A stretch of 32,122 nucleotides of DNA, taken from positions 2,377-34,498 of the forward strand of contig CAYIJG010000002.1 of NCBI GenBank assembly GCA_964363685.1. The letters are read 5' to 3'. The position numbers and the translations under genes are program-made. The number at the start of each line of letters is the position of its first letter. The first letter of the stretch is position 1. Shown here piece after piece: positions 17,301 through 24,942 of this stretch. Source of the stretch: an uncultured Gammaproteobacteria bacterium. GTDB lineage: Bacteria > Patescibacteriota > Patescibacteriia > Magasanikbacterales > GWA2-37-8. The notes under the pieces were generated by a model. The model was not told the origin of the DNA. It was given only the letters and a program-made list of their open reading frames with translations, and searched no databases.

Positions 17301-17789
17301 AATAATGGTTGGAATATCGGCTTGCCACCGAGCCTCGACGAAACAGAAGATTTGCAGATTTTAGATTTTACTCAAATTATATTAGATAAATTTACTCTGG
17401 CTGTAAAAAATAGTTTAAAAAAATTAGGCCTCATTATTAAAAACGGTGTCGCTACAGTCAAAGAGGTATTTGCTGATAAAATTAATACCAAAGAGCTTTG
17501 TGTGGGCAGTACTTGTATCAACGAATCACAATTACAAGAGATATTGCAAAAAGTAAATATACAGGAAGTGCCAGCCAGCGCGCCGCTTAGTGTGGAAGAG
17601 GGTGTGATGGTAGATAGCTCAACGGAGCCTGGTGTTTTAGAGGGTACTATATCAGAGAGCATTTCTTTATCTGCAAGTAGCACTAATACCAATGAATCTG
17701 TCGTAGATATTTCTACGAGTTCGTTAGATTTAGTTTCTAGTACAGTACCGGTAGATTCACTGGAAATTTCTAGTACTTCTACTCCGTAA
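14379..17789 (+). CDS. Giant cell-surface protein: N-terminal TM anchor, beta-helix-like Thr/Ser/Gly-rich region, about 7-8 LVIVD-type propeller repeats, and a conserved C-terminal beta-rich module
   Basis: The unit VSGRYAYV...MSVVDISNP..P.Q(I/V)ATT recurs with a period of about 44 aa. The C-terminal motif is MPVALAGRVPVRVSNSNGNIQAGDYLTSSAIPGVAIKA. ATG at 14379 is preferred over GTG at 14370. Confidence 0.8.
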   Translation: MLDFHKKIILSAKAKIIALREKKLKIKFDKIIILSLIFVGLVVVRYYFYPAFASPPNTPYAPGETIDPACSPGDENCTVYPPLSSTLTTSTALTMGTYSLRFAHNTANYTSFTVAADGSLTIGGNVSISGLTNLANTLTFTMASGTSITATNALLVSATTTNLYVSGNVNLPNDSISDGMVVNSLTASNYLLLTGGTLSGGLIFTTAGGTMITSTNLYVSNKIGINSSTPSASLAIQGVAGTNPLIISSSTNAQLFAVRSDGQVVVGPNSLSQTGQLTIETPTTNDIALSFTNGAHYTFQLGRVAGTSGQAFIGGPSGTSLHLRAGGTDRVFINNITGNVGVVSSTPNSTFVVKGVGGINPFAITSSTNAHFLTVLQSGNVGIGTSTPTQKLSVVGNISNIIDSGTTISLVASSTITNSPDTVFVSGRYAYVGHQQASSNLTIIDISNPLSPITISLTTVGGVHAGIYVSGRYAYLSNNSLNSMSVVDISNPFAPIQIATTSVGTSPTSVYVSGRYAYVISNAVLGTMSVVDISNPFAPIQIATTSLGQNPSSIYVSGRYAYVTNDGSDTMSVVDISNPAGPQQVATAVVGDRPLSIQVSGRYAYLVNLNSHSMSVVNISNPSAPVQVATTSVMTSPSDIFLSGRYAYVTSLATRGISIIDVSNPLSPVLISTTSMALQPVSLYVSGRYAYVLDTKFNVFDISGTEVTSLMAHSAEVGNIQSRNDISAQGNVMVGTSLVVGSGGIFSQGGLSIFASSTGSTSSIFSVDSAQTRDILKVFPNGSISIGTSTPSNYKLYIEAGTSTNFGLGVNGYIKATGFITGSTTLDIAETYPLNPQCRTDGNCPKVGDVVCASQYPYVREPGEFGGFFIEKCLTASADNIIGVISGNPGFILGGNEAKNLATRDLYSTSFMPVALAGRVPVRVSNSNGNIQAGDYLTSSAIPGVAIKATDPGKTIGIALQPLDGSHGTITVFVNNGWNIGLPPSLDETEDLQILDFTQIILDKFTLAVKNSLKKLGLIIKNGVATVKEVFADKINTKELCVGSTCINESQLQEILQKVNIQEVPASAPLSVEEGVMVDSSTEPGVLEGTISESISLSASSTNTNESVVDISTSSLDLVSSTVPVDSLEISSTSTP
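15828..16091 (+). repeat. Near-identical 132-bp (44-aa) LVIVD blade units inside the giant surface gene
   Basis: ATGTCTGTTGTTGATATTTCCAACCCGTTTGCGCCAATACAAATTGCTACTAC occurs identically starting at 15828 and at 15960. Confidence 0.8.
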
Positions 17790-17807
17790 ATTGTTAATGT
17801 ATTTTTT

Positions 17808-18134
17808 ATGATTATTAAGTTTGTCAAAAATCAGATCAGCGATCCGGAAAAAAATATTATGCGTTGCGGTTATGCCAAAATCATAGATCGGCGCATGGGC
17901 AAAACCAGTTTCGCCAAACGCATTCATCGGGATTTTTTTCCTCGTTTTCACATCTATATAAAACAAGAAGGCGACTTTGTCAGTTTTGATTTGCATTTGG
18001 ATCAAAAAAGACCTATTTATGAAGGGGTTACGGCTCATTCGGGAGAATACGATGGAGAAGTGGTGGAACGAGAAGGGGAGAGAGTAAAAAACATTTTATT
18101 AAAAACATCTCTTCATTATGAAAATGGTCAATAG
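17808..18134 (+). CDS. Hypothetical protein
   Basis: 108-aa ORF. It overlaps the next gene by 17 nt. No domain recognised. Confidence 0.5.
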   Translation: MIIKFVKNQISDPEKNIMRCGYAKIIDRRMGKTSFAKRIHRDFFPRFHIYIKQEGDFVSFDLHLDQKRPIYEGVTAHSGEYDGEVVEREGERVKNILLKTSLHYENGQ

Positions 18135-18930
18135 ATTGAATGCGACCACTGTTATATCTCTTACGGTTATTGATGGTAAAACCTTGGGACCAAAAGGTAG
18201 GGTTATTCTAGATACTAGAATTTTAGTTGGAGTGAGAAATCCTAAAACCAACTTGACCCATCCTAATGTTATTAGTGTACCAACCCAGAGAATACCACAG
18301 CAACTATTTAAAGCTATTCTTGATTTAGTAAAAAAAACAAAAGTAAATTCTGATTTCTACTCACGTTTTCCTGAAGAAATTTTCGAAGTTGAATTATTAA
18401 AATCGTCGCCTTTTAGTAGTCGAGACATCAAAGGTCATAATCCTATTATCTATGCCGTTGAATCTGTTCTTGCCTCAAAATTAGGGGTTTCTGAATCTAT
18501 ACAAAGAGGGGAAATATCTTTTGTAGCATCACCAGTGACGCTTTTATTTGGTAGTACACAGTATGCATTTTTAAATGAAGAGATTGACCTAGTAGATGAT
18601 GCTGTCCAGCTAAAAAAATATACTTCTTTAGTTAAATTGGGCAAAGAAAGACTGCGACAGGAATATATTCAGATGTTGGCTATAAAAGTTGTGGTTGATA
18701 ATGCCGATGTTTTTCCTATATCTACCGCTAGTTATTCTGAGGCTAAATGGATTAAGATTAGTGAGTTTATTGAAATGACACAAAAAAAGGATGTTACCAT
18801 GCTAACAAAATATTTTGCTGAAAAAACTATTCATTTTTGTGTACATGGACTTTGTGTGTTGGCTTCATTTACGTACCTATTATTTTTAGGGTTAATTCCC
18901 GATTCTAAACGATTACCAAAGCAAGTGTGA
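18118..18930 (+). CDS. Hypothetical protein with a C-terminal TM segment
   Basis: 270-aa ORF with a hydrophobic C-terminus, FCVHGLCVLASFTYLLFLGLI. No domain recognised. Confidence 0.55.
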   Translation: MKMVNRLNATTVISLTVIDGKTLGPKGRVILDTRILVGVRNPKTNLTHPNVISVPTQRIPQQLFKAILDLVKKTKVNSDFYSRFPEEIFEVELLKSSPFSSRDIKGHNPIIYAVESVLASKLGVSESIQRGEISFVASPVTLLFGSTQYAFLNEEIDLVDDAVQLKKYTSLVKLGKERLRQEYIQMLAIKVVVDNADVFPISTASYSEAKWIKISEFIEMTQKKDVTMLTKYFAEKTIHFCVHGLCVLASFTYLLFLGLIPDSKRLPKQV

Positions 18931-18977
18931 AGTGAAATTCTACCCTTGATAATCCTAACTATTTATGCTAAAATGCC

Positions 18978-19002
18978 TTAGCCTTGAAAAAGGCTAATTT
19001 TT
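18978..19002 (+). terminator. Hairpin plus T-run between the hypothetical gene and secA (a terminator or a leader hairpin)
   Basis: TTAGCCTT-GAAA-AAGGCTAA followed by TTTTT. It overlaps the predicted start site of a TTGATA-17 nt-TAAAAT promoter at 18946-18974, so its role is ambiguous. Confidence 0.4.
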
Positions 19003-19046
19003 AATATTTTTACTTACCACTCCTTACTCACTACTCCCTAACAAAT

Positions 19047-21896
19047 ATGTCTTTTCTCACTAAAATTTTTGGAGATCCTAATGCTAAAGCTATTGCTGAA
19101 ATTAGACCGATCGTAGAAGAAATAAATTCATTGGAACCAGAGATGCAAAAATTATCTTTGGCAGATTTACGCGCTAAAACTGATGAATTCAAAAAACGTT
19201 TGACCGAGGGCGAAACTTTAGATGATATTTTGCCAGAAGCCTATGCGGTTATTCGTGAGACTTCAAAACGCATTACCGGCATGCGTCATTTTGATGTTCA
19301 GCTTATCGGCGGTATTGCTCTTCACCGCGGTAGTATCGTGGAGATGGGAACTGGTGAGGGGAAAACTTTAGTAGGAACATTACCAACATACCTCAACGCA
19401 CTCGCGGGTAAAGGCGTGCATGTGGTGACAGTTAATGATTATTTGGCCAAACGTGATGCAGTTTGGATGAGTCAGATTTATGACGCTTTGGGATTAACTG
19501 TGGGGATTATTCAGCAACAATTAATTTCTTTTAAGTATAATGCTCAAAAGACTTTGCAAGGTGAAAATTTATCCGAAGGTAGTGAGGCCGACAAAGAGCG
19601 CGATGCTAAAGGTATGTTTAAAGTTGAAACAGAATATTTAGAATCATGTTCTAGAAAAAATGCCTATGCTTGCGATATTACCTATGGTACCAACAATGAA
19701 TTCGGTTTTGATTATTTGCGCGATAACATGGTCCAAAACAGCGCCGAGATGGCGCAACGACCATTTTTTTATGCAATCGTGGATGAAGTAGACTCGATTC
19801 TGATTGATGAGGCGAGAACCCCACTGATTATTTCCGCTCCCGCTGAAGATGCAACGGATATGTATTATAAGTTTGCGGATTTGGTGCGAACTTTGGTAGA
19901 AAAGGAAGATTATAATGTTGATGAAAAAATGCGTTCAGCCACGCTTTCTGAAGCGGGCATTACAAAAATGGAAAAATTATTGGGCATAGATAATATTTAT
20001 GCCGAAGGTGGAATCAAAACCGTGCATCACGTAGAGCAAGCGTTGCGCGCGCACGCTTTGTTTGCTCGTGATCGGGATTATATAGTTGAAAATGGTGAGG
20101 TAATAATCGTTGATGAATTCACTGGTCGCAAAATGCCAGGTAGACGCTATAGCGAAGGTTTGCATCAAGCCATTGAAGCCCAAGAAGGCGTAAATATCCA
20201 ACAAGAAAGTCAGACCATGGCCACTGTTACTTTCCAGAATTATTTTAGATTATATCCAAAGTTGTCCGGTATGACTGGAACGGCGGTGACCGAAGCCGAA
20301 GAATTTGGAAAGATTTATAAATTAGAAGTTGTCGTAGTGCCACCAAACAAAATCAATCAGCGTATCAATCATCCAGATAGAATCTATAAAACCGAAGAAG
20401 CGAAATACAAAGCAGTTGCCGAGACCGTCAAAGAATTGCAATCTAAAGGCCAACCAGTGCTTATCGGTACTGTGGCCGTAGATAAAAACGAAGCCTTAAG
20501 TTTGTATTTGGAAAGAGAAGGAATAAAACATGAAATTTTAAATGCCAAGAATCACGAACGAGAAGGTGAAATTATCGCTCAAGCCGGTCATGCTGGAGCA
20601 GTTACCTTGGCTACCAATATGGCTGGACGTGGAGTTGATATCTTGCTCGGTGGAAATCCGATTGTGCCCGAAGAAGCGGAAAAAGTCCGTAATGCTGGAG
20701 GTTTGTTTGTGATTGGCACGGAACGCCACGAAAGTCGTCGTATTGATAATCAGTTGCGTGGTCGTAGTGGTCGTCAGGGAGATCCTGGTCAATCGCAATT
20801 TTATCTTTCTACTCAAGATGACCTGATGCGTATTTTTGCCGGCGATCGTATTCGTTCGGTCATGGAAACACTCAAAGTGCCAGAAGATATGCCGATAGAA
20901 CAAAAAATGATTAGTCGTATTATTGAGTCTGCTCAGAAAAAAGTAGAAGGCATGCATTTTGATTCGAGAAAGCACTTGTTGGAATATGATGATGTGCTCA
21001 ATCGTCATCGTGAAGTTGTCTATGGCAAACGCCGAGAAATTTTGTTTGGGTTTGATAGAGAAAAAAAAGCGCTGGACAACTCACTTGTCATTCCGACTGA
21101 AATGGAGGAATCCCTTAAACCAGAGGATAAGGGATCTTTCGACTCGGCTGAAGCCTCGCTCAAGATGACAGACGGTAAGACGTTGCGTCAAATAATTCTT
21201 GATATGGTAGAGCAAGAAATTGAGCAAGTTATTTCTTTTCACACCAATGCCGAAAGTCGTCGCGAGTGGGATGTTAAAGAAATTTTAGAAACCGTTTCGA
21301 CAATTTTTGCCTTATCAGATGATGAGAAAAAGTTTATTACTGACTTGGCTTCTGGGGAGCGTGAGCAAAAAATGGATGATATGGAAATCCGTACCAAGAT
21401 TATTGAATACTTGGTTGGTTTGGCAAAGGAAAAATACGAAGTTCTCTTGGTTAAAGCTGTTCCAAATCCGGAAATGCTACTTGAAATTGAAAAACAAGTA
21501 TTGCTTCGCGCGATGGATAATCTTTGGGTAGATCACTTGGTAGCTGTTGATTATCTGCGTACTGGTATCGGTCTGCGCGGTTATGCTCAACAAGATCCAC
21601 TCGTAGAGTATAAGAAAGAAACATTTAGAATGTTTAATGAGCTTTTAAGTTTGATTCAAAAAGAAGTGGTTTATCTTATCTATAAAGTAAATCTAGGTTT
21701 GCAGTTGGCGCCATCGGTAATGGATAGACGCAACGCTTTGCATTTTAAAGGGGCTAGTAAAACTGCAGATGCAGAAGTTGAAGAGCAAGTTGTTACTAAA
21801 TCCAAGGAGAAAGATGAAAATGGAAAAGTTATTGGCAGAAATGATCTTTGTCCTTGTGGAAGTGGAAAGAAATACAAGAAGTGTCACGGGGCTTAA
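19047..21896 (+). CDS. secA: Preprotein translocase ATPase SecA
   Basis: MGTGEGKTL, VDEVDSILIDEARTPLIIS, TNMAGRGVDI, RGRSGRQGDPG, and the C-terminal zinc motif CPCGSGKKYKKCHG. Confidence 0.95.
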   Translation: MSFLTKIFGDPNAKAIAEIRPIVEEINSLEPEMQKLSLADLRAKTDEFKKRLTEGETLDDILPEAYAVIRETSKRITGMRHFDVQLIGGIALHRGSIVEMGTGEGKTLVGTLPTYLNALAGKGVHVVTVNDYLAKRDAVWMSQIYDALGLTVGIIQQQLISFKYNAQKTLQGENLSEGSEADKERDAKGMFKVETEYLESCSRKNAYACDITYGTNNEFGFDYLRDNMVQNSAEMAQRPFFYAIVDEVDSILIDEARTPLIISAPAEDATDMYYKFADLVRTLVEKEDYNVDEKMRSATLSEAGITKMEKLLGIDNIYAEGGIKTVHHVEQALRAHALFARDRDYIVENGEVIIVDEFTGRKMPGRRYSEGLHQAIEAQEGVNIQQESQTMATVTFQNYFRLYPKLSGMTGTAVTEAEEFGKIYKLEVVVVPPNKINQRINHPDRIYKTEEAKYKAVAETVKELQSKGQPVLIGTVAVDKNEALSLYLEREGIKHEILNAKNHEREGEIIAQAGHAGAVTLATNMAGRGVDILLGGNPIVPEEAEKVRNAGGLFVIGTERHESRRIDNQLRGRSGRQGDPGQSQFYLSTQDDLMRIFAGDRIRSVMETLKVPEDMPIEQKMISRIIESAQKKVEGMHFDSRKHLLEYDDVLNRHREVVYGKRREILFGFDREKKALDNSLVIPTEMEESLKPEDKGSFDSAEASLKMTDGKTLRQIILDMVEQEIEQVISFHTNAESRREWDVKEILETVSTIFALSDDEKKFITDLASGEREQKMDDMEIRTKIIEYLVGLAKEKYEVLLVKAVPNPEMLLEIEKQVLLRAMDNLWVDHLVAVDYLRTGIGLRGYAQQDPLVEYKKETFRMFNELLSLIQKEVVYLIYKVNLGLQLAPSVMDRRNALHFKGASKTADAEVEEQVVTKSKEKDENGKVIGRNDLCPCGSGKKYKKCHGA

Positions 21897-21905
21897 GGTA
21901 AATGT

Positions 21906-22346
21906 ATGTTTTTAGAAATCAAACCTCTAATTAAAGAAGTCCTAGAAAAGGGCTACTTAATGAGTTTGGCCACTGTAGATAGTGGGGGAGTTTGGGTTAG
22001 TGACGTTATTTATGTTTTTGATGAAGATTTAAATATTTATTGGATGTCTGATCCAGAAGCAAGACATTCGCAAGCAGTCATAAAAAATCCTCAAGTGGCT
22101 GGAACTATTACTATAAGCGCTCAAGGTGAAGATAATTTGGGAATTCAGTTTGAAGCTGTTGCCGAAAAAATAGACGGCGCACGTTATGATTTGGCTGTGA
22201 AGCATTTTGTCAAAAGAAAAAAACCTCAACCAGCAGAAACCGACGATGTTTTACAAGGTGATTCTTGGTATATGTTGAAGCCAAAGAAAATAGAATTAAT
22301 TTGTGAACGAATTTTTGGGTTTGAAAAACAGAAATTAGAATTATAA
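21906..22346 (+). CDS. Pyridoxamine-5'-phosphate-oxidase-like FMN-binding split-barrel protein
   Basis: 146 aa. The pattern LMSLATVDSGGVWVSDVIYVFDEDLNIYWMS is typical of the PNPOx-like family. Confidence 0.6.
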   Translation: MFLEIKPLIKEVLEKGYLMSLATVDSGGVWVSDVIYVFDEDLNIYWMSDPEARHSQAVIKNPQVAGTITISAQGEDNLGIQFEAVAEKIDGARYDLAVKHFVKRKKPQPAETDDVLQGDSWYMLKPKKIELICERIFGFEKQKLEL

Positions 22347-22349
22347 AAT

Positions 22350-22772
22350 ATGGTAGAAAACAGAGTAAAAGTAGGCTCGGGCGTAGTCATAATCAAAGAC
22401 GGTATGACTTTACTTACCAAGCGTAAAGGTTCTCATAGTAGTGGTATGTGGGGATCTTTAGGTGGGCATGTAGAATTTGGTGAGAGTCCGATAGAAGCAT
22501 GCAAACGAGAAGCCTTAGAAGAGCTTGGAATCGAAATAGGAAATTTTACTTTTGCTAGTTGTATGAGTTTGGTGAAGGAGGGTAAACATTATTTGGATGT
22601 TTCATTTACCGCTGAAATTATTTCTGGAGAGCCAATTATAAAAGAACCTGATAAGATTGAAGAAATTGGCTGGTATCCATTGGACAATTTGCCAACCCCG
22701 CTTTTTGAACCAGTTAGAATTGTTTTGGAAGCGCTCAGGACAGGTGAGAAGTATTTTGAGATTAAGGAATAA
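22350..22772 (+). CDS. NUDIX hydrolase
   Basis: Nudix box GGHVEFGESPIEACKREALEELGIE. Confidence 0.85.
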   Translation: MVENRVKVGSGVVIIKDGMTLLTKRKGSHSSGMWGSLGGHVEFGESPIEACKREALEELGIEIGNFTFASCMSLVKEGKHYLDVSFTAEIISGEPIIKEPDKIEEIGWYPLDNLPTPLFEPVRIVLEALRTGEKYFEIKE

Positions 22773-22778
22773 ATTTTT

Positions 22779-23000
22779 ATGCTCAAACCTGGAAAATACA
22801 GACATTACAAAGGCAAAGATTATGAAGTAATTGGTGTTGCCAAATTAGAATCTACTTTGGAAGACATGGTGGTTTATAGACCGCTCTATATTAATGAATA
22901 TTCTTTGTGGGTGCGGCCCTTGGGAGTATTTACTGAAAATATAGAAATTAATGGCAAAATTGTCCCAAGATATGAGTATATTGGCGAGGTTGAGCCATAA
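22779..23000 (+). CDS. DUF1653-family small protein
   Basis: 73 aa. The pattern KPGKYRHYKGKDYEVIGVAKLESTLEDMVVYRPLY is typical of DUF1653. Confidence 0.65.
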   Translation: MLKPGKYRHYKGKDYEVIGVAKLESTLEDMVVYRPLYINEYSLWVRPLGVFTENIEINGKIVPRYEYIGEVEP

Positions 23001-23067
23001 AATTTTATCCCCCGCAAACGTATATTTAGCCCTTGCCAAAAAGGCTTAAATACATTAAAATTGTAGT

Positions 23068-23125
23068 CCCGACTTCAGTATCGACTGAAGTCGGGGATCC
23101 ACGATTTTGCTCGAAAGCAAAATCG
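23068..23125 (+). repeat. Two adjacent palindromic hairpins upstream of secD; the second is a copy of the 8277-8299 element
   Basis: CCCGACTTCAG-TATCGA-CTGAAGTCGGG at 23068-23095, then GATCCA, then CGATTTTGC-TCGAAA-GCAAAATCG at 23102-23125. The string GGATCCACGATTTTGCTCGAAAGCAAAATCGGGAC is the reverse complement of 8273-8306 except for one extra A. Confidence 0.7.
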
Positions 23126-23166
23126 GGACAGATTTTGGTATAATTATAAATTTTTAAATTCTCCCT

Positions 23167-24936
23167 ATGGCCGTGAAAACCAAATCCAGAGGCGTATCCA
23201 AAGAATCTCTCAAATGGCGTATTTTTTCAATTATTGCCCTCACAGCCTTTTGTCTATTAGTTGTTTTTCCTACCTATGCCAACAGAGGTATAAGCTGGGT
23301 AAATAACAAGGCTAATGTTGGCATTCCAAACTTGCCAGCTAGTGGTTTTAATCTGGGTCTTGATTTGCAAGGCGGAGCTCATTTGGTTTATCAAGCAAAT
23401 ACTGACGTCATACCAGGGGCTGATAAGGCCAGCGCTGTTGAAGGCGTGCGTGATGTGATTGAGCGTCGTGTGCGTGGGGGTTTGGGAGTTTCCGAGCCAC
23501 TGGTGCAAACTACCAGAGTGAATAATGATTATAGAGTGATCGTAGAGTTACCAGGCATTACCGATGTTAGTCAGGCTATAAAAATGATTGGTGAAACTCC
23601 AATTTTGGAATTCAAAGAAGAGAGCGATGAACCACTTCGACCTCTCACAGCTACCGAACAAAAAGAAATGGATGATTTTAATAAGACTGCTTCCGCTAAT
23701 GCCAAAGAGGCTCAAAAAGATATCAAAGGCGGAATGACTTTTGAAGAAGCGGTAACCAAGTATTCAGAAGATGAAAGAACAAAATCTACCGGTGGCGATC
23801 TTGGGTTTATTGATGATACAATAGTTCCAGATTTTTATAAATGGGCTGAGACTCACAAAGATGGTGAAGTTAGTAAAGAACTTATCAAAAGTCCGGATGG
23901 CTTAAATATCATTAAGAGACTTTCTGTTCAAGAAAAACAAGATGAAAATTCTTCCACAGTCAAAACCTACAATATTGCTAGAATTTTAATTAGAATCAAA
24001 CAGCCAATTGATATTGTGCCTCCGGCTGATCAATGGAAAAATACCGGTTTATCTGGAAAACAATTAAAGAGAGCTGAGGTCAGCCAAGATAGTCAAACTG
24101 GCCAAGTGCAGGTAGCTTTAAATTTTGATGATGAAGGGACACAATTATTTGCCGATTTGACCAAGAGAAATGTTACCAAACCAATTGCAATATTTTTGGA
24201 CGGTTCTATGCTTAGTTCTCCAGTAGTTAATGAGGCAATTTTAACTGGTAGCGCTGTGATTAGTGGAAGCTTTACAATGCAAGAAGCAAGACTTTTGGCG
24301 CAACGTCTTAACTCTGGAGCTTTGCCAGTGCCAGTAGAGCTCATTAGTCAGCAAAAAGTTGATGCTACACTAGGTGCAGACTCGCTCCAAAAGAGTCTTA
24401 AGGCTGGTATTATTGGTCTGTTACTTGTTATGATTTTTATGGTCGTGTATTACCGTTTGCCAGGACTTCTCTCTGTGCTTTCTTTAAGTGTCTATGCTTT
24501 GCTTACGCTTGCCCTCTTCAAAATTATGGGAGTAACACTAACCTTGTCTGGTATTGCCGGTTTAATTTTGTCTATCGGTATGGCTGTTGATGCCAACGTG
24601 CTTGTCTTTGAACGTCTAAAAGAAGAATTAAGATTAGGCAAAAGTCTTCGTTATGCCATGGAGGAGTCTTTTTTGAGAGCCTGGCCATCTATTCGCGATA
24701 GTCATATCACTGCTTTGATTAGTTGTGTATTCCTTGTTTGGTTTGGCACTGGTTTTATCAAAGGATTTGCTTCAATTCTTGCTATTGGTACGCTCATTAA
24801 CTTGTTTACAGCTATTACTGTTACTAGATCTATTATGCGTGCTGTGTTTAGCAAAATGTCAGAAAGGGGCAATATCCTGATTTTAGGATATACGCCAGAG
24901 GAAAATAAAATAGAAATTAAAAATGATACTAAATAA
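23167..24936 (+). CDS. secD: Protein translocase subunit SecD, with a parvulin-like insertion in the periplasmic P1 region
   Basis: LGLDLQGGAHLVYQ, VIERRVRGGLGVSEPLVQ, AIFLDGSMLSSPVV, and six C-terminal TM segments. The insert reads FEEAVTKYSEDERTKSTGGDLGFIDDTIVPDF...GEVSKELIKSPDGLNIIKRL. An extended -10 element TGGTATAAT lies at 23136-23144. Confidence 0.9.
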   Translation: MAVKTKSRGVSKESLKWRIFSIIALTAFCLLVVFPTYANRGISWVNNKANVGIPNLPASGFNLGLDLQGGAHLVYQANTDVIPGADKASAVEGVRDVIERRVRGGLGVSEPLVQTTRVNNDYRVIVELPGITDVSQAIKMIGETPILEFKEESDEPLRPLTATEQKEMDDFNKTASANAKEAQKDIKGGMTFEEAVTKYSEDERTKSTGGDLGFIDDTIVPDFYKWAETHKDGEVSKELIKSPDGLNIIKRLSVQEKQDENSSTVKTYNIARILIRIKQPIDIVPPADQWKNTGLSGKQLKRAEVSQDSQTGQVQVALNFDDEGTQLFADLTKRNVTKPIAIFLDGSMLSSPVVNEAILTGSAVISGSFTMQEARLLAQRLNSGALPVPVELISQQKVDATLGADSLQKSLKAGIIGLLLVMIFMVVYYRLPGLLSVLSLSVYALLTLALFKIMGVTLTLSGIAGLILSIGMAVDANVLVFERLKEELRLGKSLRYAMEESFLRAWPSIRDSHITALISCVFLVWFGTGFIKGFASILAIGTLINLFTAITVTRSIMRAVFSKMSERGNILILGYTPEENKIEIKNDTK

Positions 24937-24942
24937 AGCTAT

